Source: Eledone cirrhosa
Lineage: Eukaryota
NCBI GenBank assembly: GCA_964016885.1
Contig: OZ024757.1
Location: forward strand, 8,618,001-8,682,000
Direction: 5' to 3'
DNA length: 64,000 bases
The position numbers and the translations under genes were made by a program. The notes under the pieces were generated by a model, which worked only from the letters and a program-made list of their open reading frames with translations, did not search any database and had not been told where the DNA came from. This document shows, piece after piece, positions 50,271 through 64,000 of the stretch. Positions within the stretch are counted from its first letter, which is position 1. Each line of letters opens with the position of its first letter.

Positions 50271-50536
50271 ATATGTATATATATATATGTATATACATAT
50301 ACATACATATATATATGTATATATATGTATATGTATGTATATATATATATATATATACAGTATATGTGTGTATATGTATATATATGTATATGTATATATA
50401 TATACAGTATATGTATATATATGTATATGTGTGTGTGAATATTTATATACAACCCCCCCCACACACACACACACATATATATATATACATGATACACATA
50501 TATGTATAAACATATATATATATATACATATATATG

Positions 50537-50568
<32 letters not shown>

Positions 50569-51197
50569 TATGTATGCATGAATACATACACATACACACA
50601 CATGCATACATATATTATATATATATATATATATGCACATATATTAATATATTTGTGCGTGTGTGTGTATATATATATATATATATAAACGCACACACAC
50701 ACGTCTGTGTGTGTGTACATGTATATATATATACACACACACACTCATGTACATTTATATATATATGTGTGTGTGTACATGAGTCCTTCTTTCTGCTGTT
50801 TCCTATAGTGTTGTTAGCTGACTTTTGGCTGCTATTTCTAAAGTGTCTATTAATATATGCTAGAAACAGCAGTCAAATGCCAGTTAACAGACCAAATAAG
50901 AAGGTTTATATAAACCGCAGACCCGCAAAATTTGTAACTCAATTTCCGGCTTTAAGTAAGACAAGAGTTATCTTTCTTGCCAAATATTCTCCGTTTGTTG
51001 ACATAAAAAAATCTATTGTTTAAAAAGTTGAGACTGAATTTTAGCTAACTTTTTCATCTTGTCCACTTCCGGTTTTAATTTTAGCGCTAGAAATAGCAGC
51101 CAAGGCAACATATATAGATATATATAATCCTAATAGTAAAGTGCTTTACTATATAAATATATATATATGAATGTGTGTATCTGTGTGTATGCATGAG

Positions 51198-51246
<49 letters not shown>

Positions 51247-51659
51247 TCATCATCATTTTACGTCCGCTTTACGGGAACTGATTCTGGCTTGATTTCTACA
51301 GCTGGATGCCCTTCCTAACACCAACCTCCTACATATATATATATGTATATATATATATGTTATATGTATATATGTATATATATATATATGTTATATGTAT
51401 ATATGTATATATATATATGTTATATGTATATATATATGTATATATACACATATACACATACATACATATATATATATACATATTTATATATGTTATATGT
51501 ATATATATATATATGTGTGTGAGTGCGTATGTATGTACACATATTTGTATGTATGTGTATATATATGTGTATATATTTGTATATATGTATGTGTGTATTT
51601 ACCATTAAGTATGTGTGTGTGTGTGTGTGTGTGTAAGTGGGCGAGGGTGTGAATGTGTT

Positions 51660-51790
51660 TGTCGACACCTGGAGGATGAAAGGCAAAGTTAACCTCGGCG
51701 GGATTTGAACTCAGATCATAAAGGGACGTAACTCTATGCTTCAAAGCATGGTGTCCGACTCTCTACCGATACTGCCAATCCACCGCCCTA
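51660..51790 (-). mobile_element. Nin/Deu-domain SINE fragment
   Basis: Matches the SINE at 27674-27861. Confidence 0.8.
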
Positions 51791-51933
51791 TATATATATA
51801 ATATATACCGTGCGTATATATATATAATATATGTATGTATGTGTATATACGTGTGTGTGTGTATGTGTACGTATTCATACATACATATATATGTGTATAT
51901 ATATATACATATATATGTATATACATATATATG

Positions 51934-51994
<61 letters not shown>

Positions 51995-52045
51995 ATGTAT
52001 ATATATATATATATATGTATATATATACAAATATATGTATATACA

Positions 52046-52077
<32 letters not shown>

Positions 52078-52078
52078 C

Positions 52079-52181
<103 letters not shown>

Positions 52182-52224
52182 TGTGTGTGTGTGTGTGTGT
52201 GAATGAGCATGTGGGAATATTTAT

Positions 52225-52281
<57 letters not shown>

Positions 52282-52322
52282 TGTGTGTGTGTGTGTGTGA
52301 ATGAGCATGTGGGAATATTTAT

Positions 52323-52386
<64 letters not shown>

Positions 52387-52654
52387 GAAGTATTTCCGTC
52401 GGAAAGGTACAGGAAGAAAGAGTGCTCTATGTAGGCTACAGAGCTTATTACTGTAGCCTACATAGAGCACTCTTTTCTCCTGTTCTTTTCCGACGGAAAT
52501 ACTTCATTTATACAGCTCCAACCGGGAATGATCGAAACATATTCTATATTACATATACGATTAGCACCTTCCAGCCCGATAAGTTGAGCACTCTACAGTT
52601 TCAGGAAATTAACCAACATACACCATGGACGTTTGTGAATTGTATTATTCTATC

Positions 52655-53210
52655 AAAAATATACCTACTCCTTCCAACAAAATATACCTACTCCTTCCAA
52701 CAAAATATACCTACTCCTTCCAACAAGATATACCTACTCCTTCCAACAAAATATACCTACTCCTTCCATCAAAATATACCTACTCCTTCCAACAAAATAT
52801 ACCTACACCTTCCAACAAAATATACCTACTCCTTCCAACAAAATATACCTACGCCTTCCAACAAAATATAGCTACTCCTTCCAACAAAATATACCTACTC
52901 CTTCCAACAAAATATACCTACTCCTTCCAACAAAATATACCTACACCTTCCAACAAAATATACCTACTCCTTCCAACAAAATATACCTACACCTTCCAAC
53001 AAAATATACCTACTCCTTCCAACAAAATATACCTACACCTTCCAACAAAATATAGCTACTCCTTCCAACAAAATATACCTACTCCTTCCAACAAAATATA
53101 CCTACTCCTTCCAACAAAATATACCTACACCTTCCAACAAAATATACCTACTCCTTCCAACAAAATATACCTACACCTTCCAACAAAATATATCTGCTCC
53201 TCTACAAAAT
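52655..53210. repeat. Short inverted array of the 23-bp satellite (~24 copies)
   Basis: (CAAAATATACCTACTCCTTCCAA)n with the same flanks as the long array, in inverted orientation. Confidence 0.95.
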
Positions 53211-53382
53211 TCCTTTTTGCACCTTTTTTTCAGCCTCACTTTCATATTTCCTAAATTTTGTTTTCAAATCCATATTTAATAAAAACACCATCTTATTTAT
53301 TCCGACGATTGAAGACAGACACATCTGCCTTAAAAAAACCACTGGTAAATGAAATAATTATCTTATGTTGTTTATTACATAA

Positions 53383-53419
<37 letters not shown>

Positions 53420-54604
53420 TAATAAAAACAATGAAATAAAAACAAAGAACAATTCCTTATATTAAAAAATTCATCATTTTACGATCGTTTCTGGGATATA
53501 TATGTGTGTGGTATGTATAGCATGTTAAAGATCTATGTAAAAATATTACAAATTAACAGAGGAAATATCCCTTCACATACATGCTATCTTCAGAAATGAT
53601 GAAGTATGTTTATTGAAAAAAACACCTATCAACTTGACCTCTAACTCTTTTCCGTTGGTCAATTCAAAACCTGTTCCTAAAGAGACTTTTTATATTAATT
53701 CTTTGTTTTTTTCAATAAACACATCTCATCATTTCTGAAGACGGCATGTATATGTGAAAGTATGTATATCTCCTCTGATAATTTGTAATATTTTAAAATA
53801 GATCTTTAACATGATATACATACCACACAAATATATATCCCAGAAACGATTGTAAAATGAAGAATTTTTTAATATAAGGAACTTGTTCTTTGTTTTTATT
53901 TCATTGTTTTTATTAATTTATCTTGACTCTGTTTTCCTATGACTTTTATCCTAAATTTTTGAATGCATCTTCTCTTTTAATGATATCTTCTATATTTGGA
54001 TTACATTGAGTTCTTCATACGGATTGGACACTACCGTATATTTTGGTAGATTTATCTACATATATATATATATATATATATATTTACACATATATATGTC
54101 CTTCTTCCTCTTATGTCGTCTATGGCTGATATCTCTAGCATGTTTATATATATGTCCATCATTTTCTCTTGAGCTCCCGTTCTCCTCCAAAAGTGTGTGT
54201 GTCTGTGTGTGTAAAATGCAAACCCTGAAAATATTTGTAATGATATAAAAACGAAGGACATGCTAGAAACAGCAGCTAAATCACATAAAATATTTAAAAA
54301 AAAAAAACGAAAGGCAGATATACATGCTAGAAATAGCAGTCAAATACCAACAATCAAGACCAAACAAATTGCACACCCGCAACATTTTTGTCTCGACTTT
54401 TGCGATTAAGTAAGACAAGAGTTACCTTTCTTGGCAAAAATCTCGTGTTTTTTCCATTTAATTTTCTATTGTTTAAAATATTTTCACTGATTTTAAGCCA
54501 AAGTTTTTTAATGGCTGCCACTTCCGGTTTGTGTTGTGCGTCTACAGGACAACAGTAAACCTGCTAGAAATAGCAGTCACAGCAACACACATATATTTAT
54601 ATAT

Positions 54605-54938
54605 CAGGGATTCCCAACGAGGGGTGCACGCCCCACAAGGAGCAATTTGAATATAATAGGGGTCAATATGAAAGTGATATAATACGACCAAACTTCCAGT
54701 TACACTTTGTCTACACATGTTATCGTGTATCGGGCAGCACCTACGAGAAGTTTGTTTAGATTTTGGAGATTGTTTTGATCATCGCTGCATCGTAGCATTG
54801 TTTAAATAAAGGGTTTCTACTTTATATTACAGTAATAATACCTTTATAAGACTCATATTGTTTTTATATTAAAGGGGGACATAAACATATTTTAAATGTT
54901 GAGGTGGGGCATGGTGCAGAAAAGGTTGGGGACCACTG
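54605..54938. mobile_element. hAT-like MITE, longer copy
   Basis: CAGGGATTCCCAAC ... GTTGGGGACCACTG termini. Confidence 0.65.
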
Positions 54939-55028
54939 ATATATATTTATTTATGTCCTTCTTTCTGTTGTTTTTTAAACTCTAAACTCATCATTGTTCT
55001 GTTGTTCTCTGGGATTCTAGCATGTGTG

Positions 55029-55074
<46 letters not shown>

Positions 55075-57575
55075 GGTAGTTACGGAGTAGGTAGACCCAG
55101 AAAAACCTGGGACGATCTGATAAATTCCGACCTTACACACTTGCACCTCTCTAAGACAATATCACTGGACCGGGAGTTTTGGCGCTACGCAGTAATACAG
55201 AAGACCCGCCTTGCCTATGTACAAAGCGAAACCTACAGTCAGTAGGCACCTCTTAACCAAATATACACCCCAATCCACTACCCCTTACCTATCCTCCCAC
55301 TCCCACCAACACGACCCTCTCTCTGTAAAGTTGGTACCACAACATCCAGTCCAAATATATGAGATAATGAGATCGAGATCATGTGGGTGTCACGACAAAA
55401 AAACACACGGTCCACGCTGTAATGTGGCCGTGTAGGTAACACAGTAATAAATTCCCAGTCCACACTGTAAATGTGGTTGGTGTTAGGAAGGGCATCCAGC
55501 CGTAGAAAACCTGACAGATAGTCCTATATGAGCGAGACACGGTCATCCGCCCAACCTTGCTCAAGTGGAACAACTCCCGTCTAACCCATGCTAGCGTGGA
55601 AGATGGACGTTAAACGATGATGATGATGATGATGATATATATATATATATGGCAGTCAACCTCACTTAGCACAGACATGAAAAAATCGTGATCCTTGGGG
55701 TTATAATTAGACTAAAGTGCTTCCTCTGGGCACAATAAGCTGGTTGTGATCGTTGGAGACTGCTCTGGTGGGCCTAAGACTAAAGATATATATATAGCTG
55801 TTGAAACGGCCGGAGCTCAGCCGTTGGGGTCCTGCATATTTTCATATATATATATATATGTTCTGCAACATTTATAATTACATAAGCAAGCATCTAATTA
55901 TTTGAATAACAAAATTTCAGGTTTAAATACTTTATTTTTTACCAATAACATTAAGAAAGGCATGAACAACACCACATGTTAATTACTCCATATTGAAAGT
56001 AGGTTTATGAATATTAAATTTCTGTAGTTTCTTATAACCTTCATGGTGGTCTGGTGGGAGATACCAGAGATGGTGGAGGTCCTGCTCTGGGGTTCAATCC
56101 TGCTCAGGAGATACTCTAAGGGGGTTCATACTAAACTTCTTCAGTGTTTCCTATCTCTAGAGACAAATATATATATATAAGGTAATCTGGTAAAGTTGTT
56201 AGAACATCACATAGAATTCTTTGTAGTATTTTTTCCAGTTCTTTAATCTGAGTTCAACTTTACTTTTCTTCCATTCGGGGTTGATAATAAAGTACCAGTC
56301 AAATACTAGGGGTTAATTCTTCCTCTATATCTCACTCTCTGTCTTTCTCTGGAAGAAATCTGTTTTATTCCGACCTGGAGAAGTTTTTTTTTCTAGAGAG
56401 AAAGAGAGACTTTTGTTATGTATTTAAACGTAACTTTTTTTCACTGAACTTTGAATTCCTTTTTCTTCTCTTTAGATTGAATAAACCTTAACATTTTACG
56501 TCTACAATTATATTTACCTTAACTCATGTTAATCTTTACAGTCAAGGACCTGTTTATACTCCATCATATAAACACATCAATCTTGTTTTGTTTTTCTTGC
56601 ACTGATGGAGTCATAGGGGTGTCACTGTGGACATTTGAAGCTTGGTGGAGCCCTTCACTCACCAGGTTGGAACAGATGATTTCTTCCAGAGAAGGAGAGA
56701 GAATGAGAGAGAGGAAGTGAGAAAGAAATATAGGGAGGAAGAACAGACCCCAGTGGCAGACTGGTACTTTTTTGTTATCAACCTTGAATGGATGAAAGGC
56801 AAAGTTGACCTCAGCAGGATTTAAACCCAGAGAGCAGAGAACCAGAACAAATATGGCAGAAAGCATTCTATCTATTGTTTTATAGACTTTAAATAAATGT
56901 TTCTACTTTTAACTCAACCCCAGTGTATTACTGGTACTTTATTTTACTGAACCTCTGAGGAAGAAGAGTAAAGCTAACCTCAGCAGGATTTTAATACAGA
57001 ACGTAAAGGGATGTAACTATATGACACAAAGCATATCGTCTGACACTCTACTGATTCTGCCAATCCACCACCATCACCAATAAAATAAAATTGTGTCTCT
57101 AAAAGAAACCTTAATGACAAATAATATGAAGTAGAACTTTCTACAGAGTGTATTTGTGGATTACAATACAAAACCTCTGAGAATGATTTCTAACATATTT
57201 CACCATAATAAATGTTCATTAATATATATTATTATAATTATCATATATTAGGTCAGGTGGATTGGCCAGAACAATTCTACACTTCTTTTTTAGATGTCAT
57301 GATCTTCCATGGCATTCCTGAGATCATTAATCTCCAGCTGGACATCCTGAGACATCTGATCTATGTAGGTCAATCTCAGTCATCCCACTAGGGTCTTACT
57401 ATGTTTAGGTATCCACCACAGGAAACAGCTCATCAGGTCATCCTCCCCTCAGTAACAATATATATATATATCTATAGACACACAGACAGACACACATATA
57501 TATATTTATTTTCTTCTTTCCAGAGTGTGTCTGTATATTTGTGTGTTTCACATTTCACAGTGATGGGGTTTATCA

Positions 57576-57995
57576 CTAGTGTTGACTACATTTGTGAACA
57601 ACCAGCGAAGAATTCCATGTGAAAGATTTCTCACATATTTCATAATGGAACGGTTTTTCTCCAGTGTGACTCCGTATGTGGATGACAAGATTAGAATTAT
57701 AAGTGAAAGATTTCCCACATATTTCACAATGGAAGGGTTTCTCTCCAGTGTGACTCCGTATGTGGATGACAAGATTAGAATTATAAGTGAAAGATTTCCC
57801 ACATATTTCACAATGGAAGGGTTTCTCTCCAGTGTGACTCCGTATGTGGATGACAAGATTAGAATTATAAGTGAAAGATTTCCCACATATATCACAGTGG
57901 AAGGGTTTTTCTCCTGTGTGTATTTTCCCATGTGAGGTTAGTTTCAGTTTTGAAGAGAAAGTTTTCCTGCAAATCTCACAGCTATATTCAGACAT
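57576..57995 (-). CDS. C2H2 zinc-finger protein, 4 fingers plus 1 degenerate finger
   Basis: MSEYSC start; three near-identical TYNSNLVIH fingers; the last finger lacks its first Cys. Confidence 0.8.
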   Translation of the reverse strand: MSEYSCEICRKTFSSKLKLTSHGKIHTGEKPFHCDICGKSFTYNSNLVIHIRSHTGEKPFHCEICGKSFTYNSNLVIHIRSHTGEKPFHCEICGKSFTYNSNLVIHIRSHTGEKPFHYEICEKSFTWNSSLVVHKCSQH

Positions 57996-58239
57996 ATTTC
58001 TAGGTAGTGATCTTTACATAAAGGATTCTCACCACTTCTACTGATACATTAAGATATGTAGATATGGTTAATAGATGCCATGTAGTCTAATATACAGAGT
58101 GTCCATAAAAGACTGCAGAACTCCGCTTTCTTCTTCTACAAAGTTGTAATGTAGCATTCAGTTGGTACAAGTAATAAGACATATGACAGTGTAAGACTGA
58201 TCTTGGATGAAGAAAAAGCAAGTGCTTATATATATATAT

Positions 58240-58428
58240 ATCATCATCATCATCACCGTTTTAGGTCCGTTCTTCCATTCTAGCATGGGTTAGATGTGTT
58301 GTCCTGTTGTGGGCAGTGTCCGGTCAGCTGACCTTGTCTTGCTCATACGGGAACTGATTCTGGCTTGATTTCTACAGATGGATGCCCTTCCTAACACCAA
58401 CCTCATTTACAGTGAGTGCTGGGTGCTT
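58240..58428 (-). mobile_element. RTE 3' tail fragment in (TA)n upstream of the third ZNF
   Basis: (CAT)n plus 3' UTR; empty sites at ~17565 and ~28985. Confidence 0.8.
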
Positions 58429-58430
58429 TA

Positions 58431-58462
<32 letters not shown>

Positions 58463-58921
58463 CATATATATAAGTGATTATTGTGGAGTATACCACTATT
58501 AATTTTGCTAAAGTGAGAGAAGCTCTATTCATACTAAAATCCTCACCTCCCAAAACCGACGAATAAACTTCTATAGTTAAGGTTCTTGTTATTGGGGACA
58601 GTTCAGGTGACAAGAGAATTAATATCCATAATTTCAAAAGATGAAGGTTAATATATATACACATATATATATATATATACAGACATACAGTGTTTACGTA
58701 TGAGAGAGAGAAATAGACGTGTGTGTAGAAATATGTGTGTACGCATTGTAATAATCAAGATATTTCACTTTAGATACTAAAAAGTTCACAATGTTTGTGT
58801 TGTGATGGAAAATGAAATAATACGTACTTTAGTTGTCAAATAAAGTCAAGAAAATTTAGTAAAAACTAATTATTCACAGATTTCTGATTAAAAAAACATT
58901 TTCCTGTCCTGTAAAATGATC

Positions 58922-59230
58922 AGATGGCAGAAGTTGGGCAGCCTGCTGTTTCTTGTTATGTAATTCTACCAGAATCTCTTCAGGAGCCTTCGAGATGTTG
59001 GTCCAGGCAGTGTTGGTCTGGTTCTCTATCAGTGTGGGTGTAATTCGAGTGATGTCCGAGTACAGACTGTCATAGTTGAGATATTGGTGGGCTCGGTTGT
59101 TGTAGGCCTCTCTGGTAATAACACAAAACTATTTTCCCTTGTCCGATGAGAGGTATACAAGGTTCTTAGATCTGAGGTTAACTTAGGGTAGCGAGTTGTG
59201 GTCTGGAAAGGTTGTGGTGAGTATGTGTGT
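58922..59230 (-). mobile_element. Decayed Penelope-like RT fragment
   Basis: Manual translation NLVYLSSDKGK*FCVITREAYNNRAHQYLNYDSLY resembles the PLE 'DKG..V....Y' motif. Confidence 0.55.
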
Positions 59231-59489
59231 GTTTTTGTAGGATCTCGAGAATAAACTCTCACAGTTAAACTTACCATGACTAACATCCTACAAAAACACA
59301 CACATACTCCCCACAACCTCTCCAGAGGTGAAAGCAGTGATTCTTTGCTTAAACTTTAATCTGTTCTTATAATATATATATAATCAAGTGGAAAGATATA
59401 TACATATATCTTTTCACTTGGTTATATATAGAGAGAGAAAGAGCCAAATATCGTATAAGATATATGATATATGGCTCTTTCTCATTCTC

Positions 59490-59762
59490 TCTATATATAT
59501 CTTTGTATTTGGTTGTTATGTCTCTCTCTCTCTATATATATATATATATCTTTGTATTTGGTTGTTATGTCTCTCTCTATATATATATATCTTTGTATTT
59601 GGTTGTTATGTCTCTCTCTCTCTATATATATATATATATCTTTGTATTTGGTTGTTATGTCTCTCTCTATATATATATATCTTTGTATTTGGTTGTTATG
59701 TCTCTCTCTCTATATATATATCTTTGTATTTGGTTGTTATGTCTCTCTCTATATATATATAT
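59490..59762 (+). repeat. Compound minisatellite TCTTTGTATTTGGTTGTTATG(TC)n(TA)n
   Basis: About 6 visible units; the array resumes at 62447-62710. Confidence 0.9.
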
Positions 59763-62447
59763 AACATGGTGGTGGAACAGTAAGGTGGAGGAGTCAATTA
59801 AGGCCAAAAAGCAGGCTTGGAAAGTATGGCGGGATGGGGGAAGCAGAGAAGACTATCAAGTGGCCAGGAGGGAGGCTAGGAGACAAGTGTACTTCGCAAG
59901 AAAGGAAGCAGAGGAAAGAAAGTTCAAGCATGTTCTACAACGTGAGGACCAAAAACGTGAGGTGTTCAGGATTACTAGGCAATGTGTCAAGGAAAACCGT
60001 GATATTGTCGGGGAGAAGTGTGTACTTAACGATGATGGCATACTTGCCATCACCGACGCTGATAAGAAGGTAGCTTGGAAGTGTCACTACGAAAGGCTAA
60101 TAAATGAGGAGAACAAATGGGAGAAAGACAGTCTCCCCCACATCGACCCAATAGAGGGACCAGCGATGTTAGTCCAGGGTAGTACAATAAGCAAGGCAAT
60201 CAAAGATATGAAGACGGGTAAGGCGGCTGGTCCTTCGGAAATAGTTGCTGAGATGCTGAAGGCATCTGGTTCGGTGGGACACACCATGGTCACCCGGATA
60301 GTTAACCAAGTCGTACAGAATGGGGTTGTTCCGAAGGACTGGCGTAGCAGCATCATCGTTAACTGCTATAAGGGAAAAGGAGATGCCCTAGATAGGAGTA
60401 ACTATAGAGGCATTAAATTAATCGACCAGGTCATGAAGGTCACGGAAAAAGTAATAGCGCAACTAATCAGAGAGAGAATTGATCTAGATGAAATGCAGTT
60501 CGGGTTTGTGTCAGGCAAAAGTACCACAGACGCTCTTTTCATTGTACGACAACTACAGGAGAAGTACCTAGCTAAAAGTAAACCCCTATACTTAGCTTTC
60601 GTCGACTTGGAGAAGGCCTTCGACAGAGTCCCCCGTTCCATTATCTGGTGGTCTCTTAGAAAACTAGGTGTTGACGAATGGCTTGTGAGAGCTATACAAG
60701 CCATGTATAAAGAAACAGTCAGTAAGGTTAGAATTAACAACGAATATAGTGAAGAGTTTAGCGTAAAAGTTGGTGTCCATCAGGGCTCTGTTCTTAGCCC
60801 CCTACTATTTATTATTGCCCTACAGGCTATAACAGAGGAGTTCAAGACCGGCTGCCCATGGGAACTCCTATACGCAGATGATCTAACGCTCATAGCTGAA
60901 TCAATGACCGAACTAGAGAAGAAATTCCAAACATGGAAGCACGGCCTAGAATCAAAAGGCCTTAAAATTAACCTGGCTAAGACTAAAGTTCTAGTTTGTA
61001 GGAAAGAAAATAAGGCGGCGGTCCCATCTGGGAAATGGCCATGCTCAGTGTGTAGGAAAGGCGTAGGTAGAAACTCCATTTTATGTCCCAAATGCAAAGT
61101 ATGGGTGCATAAAAGATGTAGTGGGATCACAGGTAAGCTAACTAAGAACATAGATTTTACATGTGGCCGGTGCTCTGGTGCAATAAGTAGCAGCAAGTGC
61201 CCACAAAATACTAGCTCCTTCAACTGCGCAGAGGGTTCTATAGAAATAGTGGACAGCTTCCGTTACCTGGGTGACAAAATCAGCAGTGGGGGAGGGTGCT
61301 CTGAAAGTACAGTAGCTAGAGTCAGAACTGGATGGAAAAAGTTCAGAGAGCTTATACCACTATTAGCCGCTAGAGGGTTCTCCCTAAAAATGAAAGGCAG
61401 GTTATACGATGCCTGCATACGAACAGCAATGCTGCATGGCAGTGAGACCTGGGCATTGTGTGCAGAGGATATACGCAGACTAGAGAGGAACGAAGCTTGC
61501 ATGCTCCGCTGGATGTGCAATAGTAATATACGTGAACGGCAAAGCATAAACGAACTAAGGAAAAAATTAGAAATAAGAGGGATCAGATGTTGTTTACTCA
61601 AGAGAAGGCTACGTTGGTACGGTCACGTGATGCGCATGAAAGACGACAGCTGTATAACAAAGTGCAGGGCAATAAAGATAGACGGTAGCCACGGAGTAGG
61701 CAGACCCAGAAAAACATGGGACGAGCTGATAAATTCCGACCTCACACGCTTACACCTCTCCAAGACAATGTCACTGGACCGAGACCTTTGGCGGTACTCA
61801 GTAATAGAGAAGACCCGCCTTACCTAAATACAAAGTAAAAACCTACTACAGTCAGTAGGCATCTCTATCAAAACACACCCCCGTCCCACCACCTCCACCC
61901 CATCCACACCGCCCCTTTCAATGTAAAGTTATGTTGGTCCCACAACATCCAGGCCGAAACAAATGAGATCGTGCAGGTGTCACGACAAAAAAACACACAG
62001 TCCACGCTGTAAATGTGGCCGTGTAGGCAACACGGTAAAAACCTCCCAGTCCCACACTGTAAATGTGGTTGGTGTTAGGAAGGGCATCCAGCTGTAGAAA
62101 ACCCGCCAGACAGTCCACGCTGTAATGTGGCCGTGTAGGCAACACGGTAAAAACCTCCCAGTCCCACACTGTAAATGTGGTTGGTGTTAGGAAGGGCATC
62201 CAGCTGTAGAAAACCCGCCAGACAGTCCACGCTGTAATGTGGCCGTGTAGGCAACACGGTAAAAACCTCCCAGACCCACACTGTAAATGTGGTTGGTGTT
62301 AGGAAGGGCATCCAACTGTAGAAAACCCGTCAGACAGTCCTATGCGAGCAAGACAACCACACTTGCCTCAAGTGGGAAAACCCCCGTCCAAACCCATGCA
62401 AGCGTGGAACACCGGACGCTAAACCTGATGATGATGATGATGATGAT
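59762..62447 (+). mobile_element. 5'-truncated young RTE LINE with uninterrupted RT frame
   Basis: Nearly identical to 6204-8778; lacks the endonuclease; (GAT)n tail. Confidence 0.93.
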
Positions 62448-62467
62448 CTCTGTATTTGGTTGTTATG

Positions 62468-62500
<33 letters not shown>

Positions 62501-62520
62501 CTTTGTATTTGGTTGTTATG

Positions 62521-62553
<33 letters not shown>

Positions 62554-62739
62554 CTTTATATTTGGTTGTTATGTCTCTCTCTCTCTCTATATATATATCT
62601 ATATATATCTTTGTATTTGGTTGTTATGTCTCTCTCTCTCTATATATATATCTATATATATATATATCTATATATATATATATATATATATCTTTGTAAT
62701 TGGTTATGATGGCTCTAGATAAAATATATATATATATAT

Positions 62740-63345
62740 GGTGGCTGCCAACTCGTTTTCGAGTACGGCCACTACTTTATATCCATCTAGGAGAACCCCT
62801 ACCAATGCGCTGAACGAGTGTGACATTTTAGTCCAGCCAGCGACTTGAAAACTCTGGCACAAACACTACACCTGTGACAATTATTGACACAGTGCTGGGC
62901 CCATGGTACCATGTGACGACAAGTGCAGAGATCTCCAGATATAAAGCAATGCCTGTGCCGTGAAGATTTTATAGTGAGCAAAGGCACTGCTCAAAGTCAG
63001 TCCCACTCTCTTAACCAAGATGATATTTACCAAAAAGAAGAACAAGTCAACATCATTGGATACCATCAGGGTTGCAGGTGTTATATCAGAGTTTTCCTTC
63101 TCCTATAATTCTGTCTTGACAAAGGCTAAGGGGTCATCTCTCCCAGTGATTTTGGATGGCTATTGACTCTTAAGAGCCCCTTTGCCTTTTGACAGGTTTT
63201 GTTTTTAGTCCTGCAGGATGTCCAAAGTCACCCTCCTCACCAAGAAACCTTGGTGGGGTTGCCAGTTTAGTCGCCAACGACCCGACCATGGGACATGTTG
63301 TACTGGGATACATGTTACCAGTAGCACCAGCTGGTGACCTGACTC
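62740..63345 (-). mobile_element. Probable internally deleted RTE derivative of a different family
   Basis: C-terminal CSVCARVFKSLAGLKCHTRSAH finger and a short 3' UTR running into (TA)n, plus a GC-richer 5'-UTR-like end also abutting (TA)n. Confidence 0.5.
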
Positions 63346-64000
63346 ATATATGTATATATATATGCCTGGTGGTCATCGATCTGTACAGTTCGTTTGTCTA
63401 CCAACATATCAGGAAAAAATTATACATTTTCTCTGTATTTTCTCCAAGGAGAACATGTGTTGCTTCCTGTTATACATAAAACTTTGCATCTTCGAAATAT
63501 ATATTATGAAATAAATAGAGATGCTATATATATCGTCCGTTTATTACTAATATTATATATATATATATATATACACACACACATGCATATGCCATTATAG
63601 TTTATTGTCACGGCAGGAAAACCTTTAATTATAAGTTTACCTGACCATACCAACATGGGACTTAATTTAAGCCAGGCGGTGTTGTCTCCCTTAGCACTAA
63701 TCACTGAATTAATATCCAGTAACGTCTGCTTTTCTTCTAGGTTTAGTTAAGCCTTTATCATTAACGTTACTCTATATTTACTGTCATATTTTCTCAGTAA
63801 ACATAATTATCTCACAAAATATTGAATCTATGAGATATATTTTGGGAACAATACCTTAACATCAGCATGAGCGGCCTGTTAGGGCCAGTTAGAACAGAAA
63901 ATGTCAGAGAATTCTGGCCAGATACGGACGGTTTAAATAAATGATTTAATAAATAACAGCTGTATTGAAACACTACTGTGTTGTTCTGAGATGATTTCAG

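Noticed and set aside
59464-59762. Hydrophobic N-terminal domain fused to RT
   Set aside because: It is a minisatellite translation upstream of a 5' truncation point.

Overview
Eukaryotic, AT-rich, microsatellite-saturated DNA, most consistent with an octopus (coleoid cephalopod) genome. This assignment is an inference from the C2H2 finger style, the RTE LINEs with (GAT)n tails and the Nin/Deu-domain SINEs. The window holds three paralogous single-exon C2H2 zinc-finger genes (17808, 29223, 57995 minus) in direct and inverted segmental duplications. It also contains two ORF-intact RTE LINEs with an internal PHD-type finger, several truncated or decayed RTE copies, an ORF2-intact CR1-group LINE, two Penelope-like fragments, many SINEs, a hAT-like MITE and a 6.5-kb 23-bp satellite. 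The most notable signal is a set of short palindromic elements, each inserted in (TA)n and sharing an 'inverted arm + arm + unique tail' layout. Several carry minimal hammerhead-ribozyme motifs, including a U3-A8 core variant, and a hammerhead also lies in the terminal repeat of the Penelope fragment. Other highlights are a candidate -1 frameshift site linking ORF1 and ORF2 of the CR1-group LINE, a ~30-kb inverted duplication with very unequal satellite arrays, and an 80-bp minisatellite derived from zinc-finger coding sequence. Boundaries were read by eye and may be off by tens of bp.
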